DNA of 64,000 bases from Octopus sinensis (taxonomy: Eukaryota). Location: the NCBI RefSeq assembly GCF_006345805.1, contig NC_043021.1:23312001-23376000 (forward strand). Reading direction: 5' to 3'. The translations under genes and the position numbers were made by a program. Shown here piece by piece: positions 22,219-35,450 of the stretch; the first letter of the stretch is position 1, and each line of letters starts with the position of its first letter. The notes beneath the pieces were generated by a model. It was not told the origin of the DNA and did not search any database. It saw nothing but the letters and a program-made list of their open reading frames with translations.

Positions 22219-23440
22219 ATGACTAACTTGCAGGCCTGCAACAGACGAAATTGGTCTGATAACGAAATTGATGTTTTAATAAACACTTGGTTCTCTCTTT
22301 CCCAAACAGAAAATCTAAATGTTTTGTGTTTGAATGAGATTGCCGAAAAAACATCACAAGTGGTCAACACACGATCCGTCAAACAGATTCATAGCAAACT
22401 GAAACATATCGAAGTATCTTTCAAACTGACAAAAGGCCATTATGAAAAGCTTCTTCATATTTTCACAGTTCAAGAACAGCAACAGCTAGAAAATCAGCAG
22501 CCACAACAACAACAACAACAGAATGAGCCACTCCTGGTTCCCAGCACAATGGCTGACCCTGACATCGGTCAGGCACAACAACAACAACAACAGCCACAGC
22601 AACAAGAACAACAGCCACTCCTCAACTCTAGCTTACTAGACGATTCACTAAATGCCAGTATCTTTTCACCGCTCTCACAGCAACCACCACAATTATCATC
22701 ATCATCATCACCACCGCTGCCACCATCGTCTTCTATCACCAAAAATACCAACAGAAAACCAAATAAGAAACCACTGCCCTCTTCCCCCACATCACCACCT
22801 CAATACTACTGCAGTAACAAAAACTTAAAGAAACATAGGAAGCAGAATGCGCCCCCCACGGCTCAAACAAGAAATCCCCAAATATGCCGCTATTCACTGC
22901 GCCAGAGAGTCTGCACAAATAGTGACTGCATCTTCACGCATCTACCCGGCACTAGACGCACTACCGGCCAAGGCCAAAGCACGCATCCCACAATAACATC
23001 AACACCACCAATAGTAAATCGAAATTCAAAACACACACAACTCGGAGTCCCAAAATCTGCCGGTATTCCCAACGTGAGAGAACATGTCTACTGAGTGACT
23101 GTCCCTTCACTCATCTTCCAGGGACCCGACGCACAAACAGAAACGGGGCTTCAAGCCAACACACAACCTGAATAACAATAAAAATAGAAACACCCCATGC
23201 TGCAGTAATGCTGGTCCAGTCTTTTCAGGAAGACACAAAACACAACACAAAAGTGGAAACTACAACCCTATCCAACAGTGCAACCACACCTCCAGCCAAA
23301 AACTGCTCCCTAAGCAAGAAAATTCTTTTTTAGCCATGTTGAACATGGCAAAAGAGATACACAAAAACATTCTAGCCATCACTCAACACCATCCTATGCT
23401 ATTACCCCAGTGCACCAATTCCCCACATTGCTGCCACTAA
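22219..23440 (+). CDS. LINE ORF1: Myb/SANT-like N-terminus, poly-Q/S linker, two CCCH-type fingers (two -1 frameshifts)
   Basis: RNWSDNEIDVLINTW..IAE..RSVKQIHSKLKHI; ICRYSLRQRVCTNSDCIFTHLPGTRR and (shifted frame) ICRYSQRERTCLLSDCPFTHLPGTRR; C-terminus FLAMLNMAKEIH ends at TAA 23438-23440. Confidence 0.7.
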
Positions 23441-26435
23441 CACACACAAAATCCAAGCCCCTGCAACAGTCAAAACCAGCCACTACACTAACCTCCACAT
23501 TCCTACTCAATGCACAAGGTGTCAGCCCTTCCATCAATGCACAAAAATGGAAGGTCCAATTCATTGAAGACTGGGTTGGTAACCATTCACACACATCCCT
23601 TTCTTCATTCTCACTGAGACCCACCTTGACAACTCCCACTTGGAAGCCGAAGTGAGAGTGAAGAATTTCACAACCATCCGCGCGGATCGTATCGGCAGGA
23701 GGAAGGGTGGAACTGCCATTTTCCTGCATGATTCATTTACGGCAGATGGAAATAGTATATTCTCCAACGGCTACTGTGAATCAGTCACCGTGCACAACAA
23801 AGCCAATGACCTGACAGTAATTGGGCTCTATAGGCCGCCCCAAACACCCATACTGTGCTTTAAAGAATGCCTCAACAGCATTAAGTGCTTTATTCAACAG
23901 TGCCATTCTAGCAACATACTCATGATGGGAAACTTTAATCTACCCTGTGTTGACTGGACTACAAACTGTTTGAAACCAAGCACTCCCGCCTCAACCGCTG
24001 ACAAAGAAGCAGCAGAGTCACTTTTCGACTTTACGAATGAGTTTTTCTTGTCCCAACTTGTCCTTGCACCAACAAGACATCAGAACATTTTGGACCTAGT
24101 GTTTAGTAACCACACTAACACTATACATAACGTTACAGTGGAAAAAACCCTTCTTTCAGACCATGACATGGTTCTCTGTAACATGAAATTCCACCAGCCG
24201 AAAGCTAATCCTAGTGACCTTCCTCCAGCCCACCCATTTGATAACATGGATCTCCATAAAGCCAACTGGGATGCAATCAGGAACGAGCTATCAAATGTTG
24301 ACTGGTCCTTTACACATACACACATCTCCACCAACCATAAAACATCTTGGCAGATCTTTGTAGACACCGTCACAGACATATGTGCAAAACACTCCCCACC
24401 AAGACCTGTGAACAAAAAGTGCAGAATCCCCCAAAACAGAAAAACCATTATCAGAAAAATAAAAAGAACAAACAAAAAAATTAACAAACTAAAGTACTGC
24501 CAACAGCAACACACACATTCGACGGCTATCGCACTGCTTGAATCCAAAAATAACCTCCAACAATGCATGAAGACTCTCATCAATAACCAAAGATCAGCTG
24601 AGGAGAAGTGGGCCATTGAAAAAATCAAACTCAACCCCAAAGTGTTCTTTTCATTTGCGAGGAACGCAGGGTCACTGTCTCCACTGTAGGCCCTCTAATT
24701 GACGAAACTGGCACTCTCCAAGATAATGCCAAATCCATGGCCGAGATACTGCAGAAACAATACTGCTCTGTTTTCAGCAATCCTGATATGGCCGATCTGG
24801 GCTGTATCAGTGATGTCAACCCCCAACACACTATATCGGACATAACGTTTAGTGCCCCTGATGTCTTAGCGGCGATAAACGAAATAAAACACAATTCAGC
24901 AGTAGGCCCCGATAGGTTCCCTGCTTGTGTCCTGAAGGTGTGTCGACACCAACTTGCATCTCCCCTTGCTAATCTGTGGAGAAACTCACTGGATGCTGGC
25001 TATATTCCAAAAAACCTTCTGTCCCAGTCTGTTGTCCCAGTTTTCAAAAAGGGAAACAAGTCCCTTGCAGTGAATTACCGTCCGATCTCACTCACCTCTC
25101 ATATCATCAAGGTATTTGAGAGGGTGGTGAGATCTCGAATAACCCAATTTCTGGAAAGCAACAGACGGCTGATCTCCAACCAACATGGGTTCCGTAATGG
25201 AAGGGACTGCCTAACGCAGCTCCTGCATCACTTTGAGGACATTTTGAGAGCTTTGGGAGAGGGCTCCAACACCGATGTCATCTACCTTGATTTCAGTAAG
25301 GCCTTCGACAGGGTCGATCACAAGATCCTATTGAAAAAACTATCCAACATTGGTGTCTCTGGAAAGTTACTGAAATGGATTAAGTGTTTCCTGACAGACA
25401 GATCTCAACATGTTGTAGTTGAAGGGGTAAAATCAAGCCCAGCCAAAGTCAGTAGTGGCGTTCCGCAAGGCACTGTGCTGGGCCCACTTCTTTTCATCAT
25501 TTACATTAATGACATTAATGACATCATCAAGCACAGCAACATAAAAATCTTTGCAGATGACTCCAAGCTACAGAAGGTCATAAATGAGGTGAGTGACCGG
25601 ACATGCCTTCAGTCAGATCTACTGGCTGTTATCCAATGGGCAGAAAAAAACAATATGCTGCTGAACGAGGATAAATTTGAGCTAATCCACTTTGGAAAAG
25701 AGGATGCCCTGAAACTCCCATACTCCCTTCCTTCAGGTGAAACTCTCGCGGCGTCCAACAACATCAGAGACTTGGGAGTAATTGTGGACAACAGCGTAAG
25801 CTGGGCCACTCATATAAACACCAAAGTTGACATGGCCCGCAGAATGTGTTCCTGGATTCTCAGAACTTTCCAGTCGAGAGATATCCACACCATTATCCTT
25901 CTCTTCTCCACTTTTGCCCGACCCCACCTTGAATACTGTTGTCCACTGTGGTCTCCCCACACAATACAAGGTATCATAAAAGTTGAAGCACCTCAAAGGG
26001 CAATCACAAAAAATAGATGGCATGACAGGCCTCGACTATTGGGGTCGACTAGAAAAGCTAAAACTCTATTCTCTCCAACGTCGTCGTGAGCGCTACATCA
26101 TCTGCATGATGTGGAAAATATTCCATCAGCATTGCCCAAATGATGTTGGCATCACCTTTAAGGTACATCCAAGGCTTGGGCCCCGTGCCATCCGCCAAAA
26201 CAAAAATCGCACTCTCATCTCATAACAACAATACGGCACAATTATTTCACCTCAATTGGCCCCGCTCTCTTTAACATTACACCAAAACACATTAAAACAG
26301 AAACTGACCCTATAGGGTTCAAGAAGTCTTTGGACAGATTCCTTCAAGAAATCCCGGATAAACCCCCTACACCCCGGATATGTCTCTGTAAACAATAACT
26401 CTCTACTTGAGTGGGCCATAGTGCCCAAATTCTGA
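23410..26435 (+). CDS. LINE ORF2: AP endonuclease + reverse transcriptase (four -1 frameshifts)
   Basis: LLNAQG, TETHL, YRPP, GNFN, LDLVF, SDH; NQHGF, YLDFSKAFD, GVPQGTVLGP, FADD, RPHLEY; C-terminus LDRFLQEIPDKP...KF* (26433-26435). Confidence 0.88.
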
Positions 26436-26524
26436 CTTGAAAGACTTCACCAGGTGGTGCTATTAAGTTAGACATGGCCTGGGCCAATAATGGCCGAAAC
26501 CTATCAAAAGTATATACATATATA

Positions 26525-26608
<84 letters not shown>

Positions 26609-26824
26609 CAGTTCTCTCTGTATCTTTATATGGGTTTGTTTGTCCTTTGTATAATAAAACATGGATAAAACACTTAAACATTTCATTGAATGTATGAATT
26701 AGTATATTGTGGGTCACAAGTACAACACTGTTGACTATTGTGACGTATAGTACATGCGATAAAATCGAATGTTTGGAACAAAAGCAAATAAATTTGAATA
26801 AATGTGTTAGAAGCATTTGCTTAC

Positions 26825-26877
26825 CCACAGTCTTCAACTCTAAATGTTCCCGTCACGGTTGAAAGGTCATGCTCAAT
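26825..26877 (-). CDS. Host LRR gene exon (SEA-like part 2), phase 0-2
   Basis: cttttgcag|IEHDLSTVTGTFRVEDC-GG|gtaagc; 53 bp; in frame with exon 27919-28001. Confidence 0.75.
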
Positions 26878-26991
26878 CTGCAAAAGCCGGATGTATATAT
26901 ATATATATATATATATACATACATTAAATGAAAGAAACTGAGTTTGATTTAAAAGCGTTGAGATGTATTGAAAAATAAAGAAAAAATCTTA

Positions 26992-27286
26992 TTCTGAAAC
27001 GCAGGATAATGCTAATGATATAACGTGAACCGCATGAAATATCCATAATTTGCAGATAAATCTGTCGTCAGCCAGCTATGTGACTACACCTCACACCCCT
27101 GTGATTACGCTTCAAGTGCTTTACCATTAAGCTAAACTGCGCGAACGACAAATACTTCTGCAAAGTTAGGCTATATACATCTAGCTTTATAAGACGCGTA
27201 ATCTGGCCGCCGACAGAGTTTTCGGCAACAGGTGAATACGTTATCCTGTTCATGCTATACTATTAGCATTATCCTGCGTTTGAGAA
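26992..27286. mobile_element. MITE with ~30-bp TIRs and TA target duplication
   Basis: TTCTGAAACGCAGGATAATGCTAAT ... ATTAGCATTATCCTGCGTTTGAGAA, flanked by TA at 26990-91 and 27287-88. Confidence 0.75.
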
Positions 27287-27918
27287 TATAATTATGTATA
27301 AATATATTAGCTTGACACTCGGTAAAGTGGGGAAATGAGAGGGTTTTTAATGTTCCGAGCATATCTCTTTTTCAGAAAGGAAAATGAAAATGTTGAGAAG
27401 AAAAATATTACCAAAAGGAAGTGTGTGATTACATATGTTCTTATGTGTGTGTGTGTATGTGTGTGTGTGTGTGTGAGTGTGTGTGTGTGTGTGTGTTTGT
27501 GTGTGTCTGTGTCTGTGTCTGTGTGTGTCTGTGTGTGTCTGTGTGTAAACACAAGATTAGTGAATATTTGAGTAGGATTTTATTTACTGTCAGAATCGGA
27601 AATTATAAGACGGAATATATAAAGACAAAATAGTGGATAGAACAGTCTTTTTATTGACCAGCAAAAATTCAGTAAGTTAAAAAAGAAAGTTTTATGTAAT
27701 AGTTTACTATCAGTAAATGGAGTTGATTGTCTGAATTTCATGAAACCTCACTATTTATTTGACGTTTCACATTTCTTCTATAAAATATGCATGGGTGTGT
27801 GTATGTGTGCGTGTGAGTGTGTATGTGTATGCATGTGTGCGCATGTTCAGTGCATATGTGTGCGCGCACGCGCGTCTGTGTACGGAGAAAGAGAGAGAGA
27901 GGGCAGATATCTACTCAC

Positions 27919-28001
27919 GGCTCTTGATATGTTCTCAGCAGGGATTTTATATTCGTTGAACTTTTTAAAAATCAAACGAAATACGAGGGATTTGGTCCAT
28001 C
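27919..28001 (-). CDS. Host LRR gene exon (SEA-like part 1), phase 1-0
   Basis: atccatag|(G)WTKSLVFRLIFKKFNEYKIPAENISRA|gtgagt; 83 bp. Confidence 0.78.
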
Positions 28002-28120
28002 CTATGGATTGATATAGAAAATAATCGCTGCGTTTATAAATGAGACACACGTCATAGATGCACATAAAACCCACATACGTAGATAAAAATATACATTTAT
28101 AATCACATATACACTTAAAA

Positions 28121-28166
<46 letters not shown>

Positions 28167-28433
28167 CTTATTCTACCTATTATATACGTTTTTATTATTA
28201 TTATTATTTGCAATTTACTTAAGCATTGACATTTAATTGTTATTTATTTTTTATATTTCTATTATATGTAATTTTCTAGATGGTATAATTTAATTGTTCA
28301 TTTTGAATTGATAAAAGCTGTTTTTTTTTATTTTAATTTTTTATATATATCTTATATTGTGTGAAATTTGATTTAGTATTTCTAAATTTAATTTTTCCCT
28401 TGTAAGTTTGGATTTTATTCACTCAAATAATAA

Positions 28434-28459
<26 letters not shown>

Positions 28460-28472
<13 letters not shown>

Positions 28473-28743
28473 TTATCATTCCCTTTCTTCCTGTCGCTCT
28501 CTTCGTGTATCGGCTATCAATGCCTGCACGTGGATGATTGGTTCCATACATCGTTAGGACCTTTCTTGACTTCCTGTCCAACTCCTTTAGCTTCTCCTCC
28601 GTCCACTTCAGTTTTCCAGCATCATTCCGAACTACTGCGACTGCGTGCGAGTTTATCGCCGAAATTATGTTCCAGGCATTCAGCTTTCTAACCAATATTT
28701 TGCTCACTCGCCAAAAGTGCTCTCTTTTACTCTTTTCCTTCAT
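28460..28743 (-). pseudogene. Dong/R4-like RT C-terminal fragment
   Basis: ..RVSKILVRKLNAWNIISAINSHAVAVVR..WTEEKLKELDRKSRKVLTMYG.NHPRA..KRATGRKG, homologous to the intact element at 18-21 kb. Confidence 0.75.
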
Positions 28744-28968
28744 GTCGTGGTGTTTGATTCCATCTGTGAGTGTGTGTGTGTGTTAGAGAGAGAGAGAGGG
28801 GGGGAGAGGGAGAGAGGGAGAGAGAGCATTGCAAACAGTATATATATACACACACGTAAACACACATCAAAATATTTTCCCGTATATTAATTACTATAAA
28901 ATATTCTTATTAACTATCAATTTGTAATAAACTTGTTAGTGTTATATTAGACAATAAATAACACTTAC

Positions 28969-29152
28969 CAATGAAATCATTCTTGTTACATAAGTGTCCG
29001 ACGCAACAACCAGTACAAGACGTGCCATTCGTCCGTTTATTGCATGTAAGGGTATTGTTTCTCATAGCTTCAACACATTTTCTGTATGTGCTGCAGGACC
29101 TTTCAGTCTTCAGTTTAGCACCGTTCATTGATATTGCGAATCGGCATACAGG
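28969..29152 (-). CDS. Host LRR gene exon: C-terminal part of a three-finger (Ly6/uPAR-like) domain, phase 0-1
   Basis: ttattacag|PVCRFAISMNGAKLKTERSCSTYRKCVEAMRNNTLTCNKRTNGTSCTGCCVGHLCNKNDFI-G|gtaagt; CCxxxxCN signature; 184 bp. Confidence 0.88.
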
Positions 29153-30779
29153 CTGTAATAATAGATATGAAAATTATACACTACAACAACAATATTTATT
29201 AGGACGATTACTGCTAATTACAGCAACAACAACAGAAACAACACCACTGGGGATGTTTACCATGCAAGAAAGTTTAATCATTGCTTTAAAATACCCAAAA
29301 GCAATAAATGAAACCGTAAAAGAGTTGACGATTTGTTGAAAGTTAAAAGCATAAGTAAAAGTTATTGCTATTTAGTATTCAAAAATCATGTTTTAAATGC
29401 TTACAGTGTCCAAAGCTCTCTGATCATATGTAGATATGGACATCGGATCACGGTCTTTAGCAAAACCGCATCGCACTGTCACCCGTCACCAAACTTAAAA
29501 TAGGTCAAATTATCCCAATAAAGATGTATCAATTCTCTAAAATTTCTTCTTACTGGAGGAATGCTCAAGAGGAATTTTTCATATAAAATTTACGGAAAAT
29601 CATGCGTACAAAACTCACCAAAAAGAGAAACTAATATGCCTTTACCCAAAGATGAAAATGAAATATAATTGTCAGATTGAACTCCTCAGTCCAAGCAAAT
29701 AAAACAGAAAATACATAAAACGAACACAAGAGAAACTTCGTTTTATTTTGCAAGTATATTTTATATGAAAATACGGTATATTAGTATAAAATTTGGAGAG
29801 AAAACAACCAAGGTCTTGTTAACTTAATAAGGGACATTCTGAAAACGAAAAATATCAGAAATGGAGAAGAATATTTAAAGAAAAGAATCCATCACGAAAA
29901 CGCAATTAATAATCGCAAACACCTAACAATAATAAAAGCAATGAAAATGTAGACATTGAAGTTAGAAATAAGATTTGCATTGCCTTAGTTTGAAATTGAA
30001 ACTTGTTTCTTCCAATGTTGGAAAAGTTTTAGAAAGGAAATTGGATCTCCCAAACTGAGTGAGGATGTCATGAAGACATAACCAATGATAGTGTCCGAAG
30101 GCTGGCGTCTTCAAAAGAGCCAATGGAGTCGGTGATTGCAAATGAATGAATCGTTAAATAAACTAACTCAGCTTCAGGAAAACAGAAAGGTCTGAGATCA
30201 AAACAGACAATAAAACAGGCAACAGATAGCAGCCATGCTCTTATGTCACGCTCTATTCTCCTATATTCTCGTAATGTGAAGCATTGATCTGTGACATTGC
30301 CGGTGTCTTTTATTGTTTCTCTTGTGTTTCTTTCACCAATGTACAACTGTGTATTCAGAGATATGTCTGACAATTTTAATTTGTGTTTTAGCTGCGTTTT
30401 AAAGTTATAGGTTTTACCTTTCTGTGAAACAATATGACCCCCACCTATTATGTTCTGGAGAGCTTATTGTACTACTTGATGTGAGGGAAGATTTAATCTG
30501 TTTCGAATATTTCATAACCTCGTATATCAAACAACCTATTTTGCTATGGCCACCAGACGAAAGAAAACTGTCATTTGCTTCTTAACTTATTCAATCCGCT
30601 CCCTGTAATGTTTGCGAACTGGTAGGGCCAGGTCCGACTTCCAGTTACCCCTCTAAGTTTAGTGACCCGAGGTCATTCGACAAGGAACCTTGATTCCAAG
30701 TTGACTTCTGGCCACATACATTCATACATCCTACTCTAAGGACAGCCATGTTTGTCGGAGAAAGGTCACTCTAAGTTCG

Positions 30780-30890
30780 TGTGTTCGTTTCTTGAATAGG
30801 GATTCCTGGACAGGGTAGAACGTTGCGTCCTTGAACAAGGCACTTCATTTCACTTTGTCCCAGTCTAATCAAGTGAAATGTGTCCCAACC
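30780..30890 (+). mobile_element. Degenerate SINE fragment
   Basis: ATTCCTGGAC..GTTGCGTCCTTGAACAAGGCACTTCATTTCAC resembles a common invertebrate SINE core. Confidence 0.4.
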
Positions 30891-31100
30891 TAGTGATGTT
30901 CATCTATTTCTCTCTTCAATCGTCACATCCTTCTCGTCCCATTGAGTCATGAATAAGAAGATCGACAGGGTGTGTGTATGTCTACGCAGGCGCATAAAAA
31001 AACTAGCGAAAGCATAGTACAATCTATGTGGCTTAATGGCTTTCGAGTGACGGTTGTGGATATATTTTAACGAAAAGGAGAAAGTAATATTCCAGTTTAC

Positions 31101-31189
31101 CTCTGTTCCTGGACAGCTTGTCACTTCTTCATTGCATATGATTCCTGAACATGTTTGACACTGTAAATTCCGTTGAAATAACGAGTAAT
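31101..31189 (-). CDS. Host LRR gene exon: N-terminal part of the three-finger domain, phase 1-0
   Basis: ttctgtag|(N)YSLFQRNLQCQTCSGIICNEEVTSCPGTE|gtaaac; 89 bp; LxCxxC start typical of LU domains. Confidence 0.85.
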
Positions 31190-31676
31190 CTACAGAATAC
31201 AAGTAATATCTGTATTTATGAACCAAATAATGCAATGCATAGCAATAACAAGAAATATTTTCTTTCAGATGTAAAAACAAATGTATGCGTGTTAGTATTG
31301 AAATCAATACATGTTAGACATATAAAGCAAATTATTAACAAAGACTATAAACCTATTTTCATGTTCATTCGGAAACGTTTCAATAATGTCACAAATTCAA
31401 CTGAGAGAAGCATGAAAGCCACTTGTTGTCCTTTTAGTATTCTGATGTAACAAACACGTGAAAATCGTTGAACAAGTCAAATAAAGGGATTAAATTTGTA
31501 AGTTGCAACCATTGATGCAGTGGGAACCTCCTAATGAGAGATCTCATTTAAGTTATGCTGCAATGTCATATAGAATGTGAAGAAGGCCATAATATGTGAA
31601 GTGAGCAAAACAATATTTGGATAAACAATAAAAATTATGATCACTAATATTGTGCTTTTTCCAATATACACACATT

Positions 31677-31707
<31 letters not shown>

Positions 31708-31796
31708 GTATGTATGAATGTATGCATGTATGTATGTAAGTATTATGTATGTATGTATGTATGTTTGTATTATGTATGTATGTATGTATGTATGTA
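31677..31796. repeat. (TATG)n microsatellite
   Basis: Direct reading. Confidence 0.9.
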
Positions 31797-31969
31797 AAGG
31801 TTTTAGTTGCCAATCCTGTAAAATACATTGTAGATATTTAGCTGGGCTAAAAAGTCACATTCGATCACAGCACCAGTAACAGTTAAGCTTCGTCCAATGG
31901 CCATACTCGGTAACAAGGGGGCAGCCATAATAATACATGTATGTATTATGTATGTATGTATGTCATTAT

Positions 31970-33175
31970 TCACTGTTATTTCAAGATTTGTTGGCAATAG
32001 AGAAGGAGAGAGTTTCTATCCTACACCTACGGCTCCTTCATTGGAATTTCAACAACATCAATATTGCCATCATCTCGGAACTTTCTACCAACATATCCAT
32101 GCATAGTCTTCTGTTTATAGATACTCATCCGTTCATCTAATGATACGTTGCGGTAGAGTCGTGCGACATCTTTGAGCATGTATTCTGTTATCAGATAAGG
32201 AATGTTGCTCAAGGAGCTGCCTTCCAAGTCATATGAATTATGCAAACTTGGTCAAAGGATGCACTTTGACATTTGTGGTTATAAGATGTTACCGAAAGGA
32301 TATGATACGACATTCAAAGACATTTTGCATCGATGTTAAGCCCCTGCCACCTTGTTTTCGTTTTAAGGAGAGGGGGTCTACTTCACCGTTTATGTGGAAA
32401 TTATGTGTACTTGTCAGTATTTTCCGGGTTTTCACATAAACAGCTCGGATCTCATCAAGTGTCCAATAAAACAGCCCAAATGTCAGTATGAGTACTTGCA
32501 CAGCAAACACGTTGTGGGCCAATGTTTTATTGAATGCATAGATTTCTGAGGTCGAAATTTTATTTATTCAGCTGTAATGTTCTTTGTTTATACTTTAATG
32601 ACACCTGTAAGTTAATGGTACCTGTAAAAAAGCACTTGTTTTTTTACAGGTGCTGTTATGAGATATATTTTCAACCACCCCTAGATATCTGTAACATTCC
32701 TCTTCAGATATAGGGGAAACTGTCAGGTCATTGATGGCGATGTTGCTAGTCTGGTTTACATTTTTCGCCCTTTTCACAACCATATAACATTTATCCTGAA
32801 CAAACGCCAACCCCACATTTTTTGAGAATGTTGTAACTTGGTCAAAGCTCCTTTTCATCTCATCCATATTCTTTGCATAAAGTTTTTAAGTCATCCACAA
32901 AGAAACAGCGTTCAATTTTGTAATTTCTGTTTCCTTTTGAACCAATGAGATATCCTTAACATGAATGACATGAGATTTACAGAAAGTATAAACAACATCA
33001 TAACGAGGTTGTCCCCTTGGAATATGCCTTTGCGATATTGTATTCTGTCAGTGATAATAGTCACTCTTTGTGTTTAATTTCATGATGGTGGCTCACAATG
33101 GAATCAGGTCAGCTATGGCTTTGATTATGCCTCACTGGAAATTTACCAAGCTGAATGGCTTCTAGCATCCATGAG
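31970..33175 (-). pseudogene. Degenerate R4/Dong-like LINE fragment
   Basis: Fragments WMLEAI.L.K.P, RKGI.QG, GL.F..DKC..ECYRYLGV, VKTRKILT..H..L.LKRKQGGRGL; bordered by (TATG)n. Confidence 0.7.
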
Positions 33176-33410
33176 TGTGTATGTATGTACGTATGTACGT
33201 ATGTATGTATGTATGTATGTATGTATGTATGTATGTATGTATGTATGTACGTATGTATGTGTATGTACGTATGTATGTATGTATATCTGTATGTATGTAT
33301 GTATGTATGTATGTATGTATGTATGTATGTACGTATATATGTATGTATGTATGTCCGTATGTGAAAATGTATGTATGTATGTGTGTGCGTATGTACATAC
33401 ATATACATAC
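33176..33410. repeat. (TATG)n microsatellite
   Basis: Direct reading; the poly-MYVC/IHTY ORFs are artefacts. Confidence 0.95.
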
Positions 33411-34570
33411 TGACTCATATATTTTCTCCAGTGATGTGCTTCATCGGACTCCATTTTAAGTCTGTCATTTGGAACCTTCGCTGTTTATGCCGGATTCTTC
33501 TCTGTTGTAAACAATCAAGGCTGGTCTTTGGTTTCAGGATATCTTCCTACTTTCCCCCAACCAATCACAGCAGCCTTCTGAATGATCATGAGCATTGACT
33601 GTCTTCCTGGCTAAGCGCTAAATATATACTTTACCTCTCTACTTCGTTTTCTTCCTCTCTCTCCTCCGCAGCATCACTCTTACCAACCCACATCCTCACA
33701 TTATTTGTCCCTCCGCCCACATTTACACTTTATACACACTTCACACGCTAGACCACAGTTTCTACTTACACATCTCACTTCGGTAGCACAGTTACTCTCT
33801 GCACACTTTATTACACACAAAGACAAACACACACCACACACACACATACACACAACTTTGTCCCATTGGATATTCTACATTTGACACACACATACAAATG
33901 CATACACACTCGTACATAGACTCATACATATTCCCGCACACTCACTCTTCAAACACATACACACACTCACACACACATACCCATACTCACAAGTGCTGCC
34001 CTCACACATTCACTTTTGCACCCAACGTTTTGCTTTGTATCTCTAAACCACTCACTTCTCTCTCTCCCCCTCCTCCTCCTCCTTTTTCCTCCCACTACTG
34101 CTTGGCTCCTACTAACAGTTTACCTCCCCTATACGCACACATACCGCACCCTTCTTCTCTCCCTTTCCATTCGTGTTCACTCTTCTTCGAATAAAACCAC
34201 TTTTGCTCTTCTCTCCTTCTTTCGTCAGCCATTTTCTGTCTCTCACTTAACCCATGTGTACCAACCCTTTGCTTGTACAGTTTACATTATTTGACCTTCA
34301 TGAAGTGTGCCATCTTTTTCAGACAATTTACATTACTGAATGTTTTGCCTGCATTTTGCCCTTTCTTGTCTTGGTATTTGATCTTCTGAAGCAACTTTTC
34401 TCTCTTATTCGATTTTTATCCTATAGATTCTACTGCAACTGTCCATGTCACGTCTTGCTGACTTTACAGTGTTCCCAGAGCATTGAACAGCAGTGATGGT
34501 GTCTGAATTGTGGTAACCGTCATGAATTATCATGAATACAGGTTTCTCTCTTCCAATATTTAGATGGCTT

Positions 34571-34775
34571 TCAAGGCGGCAAGCTGGCAGAAACGTTAAC
34601 ACACCGGGCGCAAAGCTTAGCAGTATTTCGTCTGTTTTTTCACGTTCTGTGTTCAAATTCCACAGAGGTCGACTTTGCTTTTATCCTTTCGGGGTAGCAG
34701 TTGCGTACTAGGGTCGATCCAATCGACTGGCCCTCTCCCCACCAAATTTCATGCCTTGTGCCTAGAGTAGCAAAG
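34571..34775 (+). mobile_element. Octopus-type SINE with 16-bp TSD
   Basis: CAAGGCGGCAAGCTGGCAGAAAC..GTTCAAATTCCAC.GAGGTCGACTTTGC..; TSD AATATTTAGATGGCTT at 34555-34570 and 34776-34791. Confidence 0.85.
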
Positions 34776-34959
34776 AATATTTAGATGGCTTCCAGTCCGC
34801 CATATCAGCTTTTTTCTCAGCTACAACTTTGTGCTCTCTAACGCCTTTGCTTACCAATACACTACGTCTTCCTTAATATAATGGGACATAAAATCGTTAT
34901 ATTTAATACCGACACTCTGTATATCCATCCATCTACCATCTTCAACGCTCATTATTCCT

Positions 34960-35450
34960 GGGAGGGTCATGAGGACATCTGGTGCCTCAGGTACCTCCTG
35001 CATAGGGTACTATCAGAGGCAACTGCCAATAGGCATACTGATTGAATTCTCAAGCATGACCAAATGAGGCTATGGATATTTTCTAGCCATCTCTTTTTGG
35101 TCTACCTCTACATTCCCTGCTGTTTTTCATCATTTTAAAGAATCGATCTTGCGATTTTGTCATGTGACATCCTAATCGCATGTCCGCATTACCGGAAATG
35201 TAGTGGCACAATACGGAAAAGTACCGACCTGATCTGGAGAGACTCCCTCATCTCCAAGGTACACACTGTGTCGAGTAAAGCTACTCCAGTTTTTTCGGAG
35301 GAATCCCATTTCGGCCGCTTCTGTTTGAGATCAGACTCTTTCAGTCGTTAGCCAATATTCATGACAACAGATGAGAATGGGCACGAAACCCAAACTGAAG
35401 ATAGTGTGTTTGGCTTTGTTACCAAGTTGTCCTCTTCTGGGGATCGAATA
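34960..35450 (-). pseudogene. Degenerate RTE-like LINE 3' fragment
   Basis: Minus translation ..*CGHAIRMSHDKIARSIL..GRPKKRWLEN.. matches the RTE post-RT region. Confidence 0.55.

Larger units (their letters stand above)
22144..26510 (+). mobile_element. Full-length CR1-like LINE inserted in (TA)n
   Basis: ORF1 + APE-RT ORF2, short 3' UTR ending in (TA)n; TA repeats also at the 5' side (22129-22143). Confidence 0.9.
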
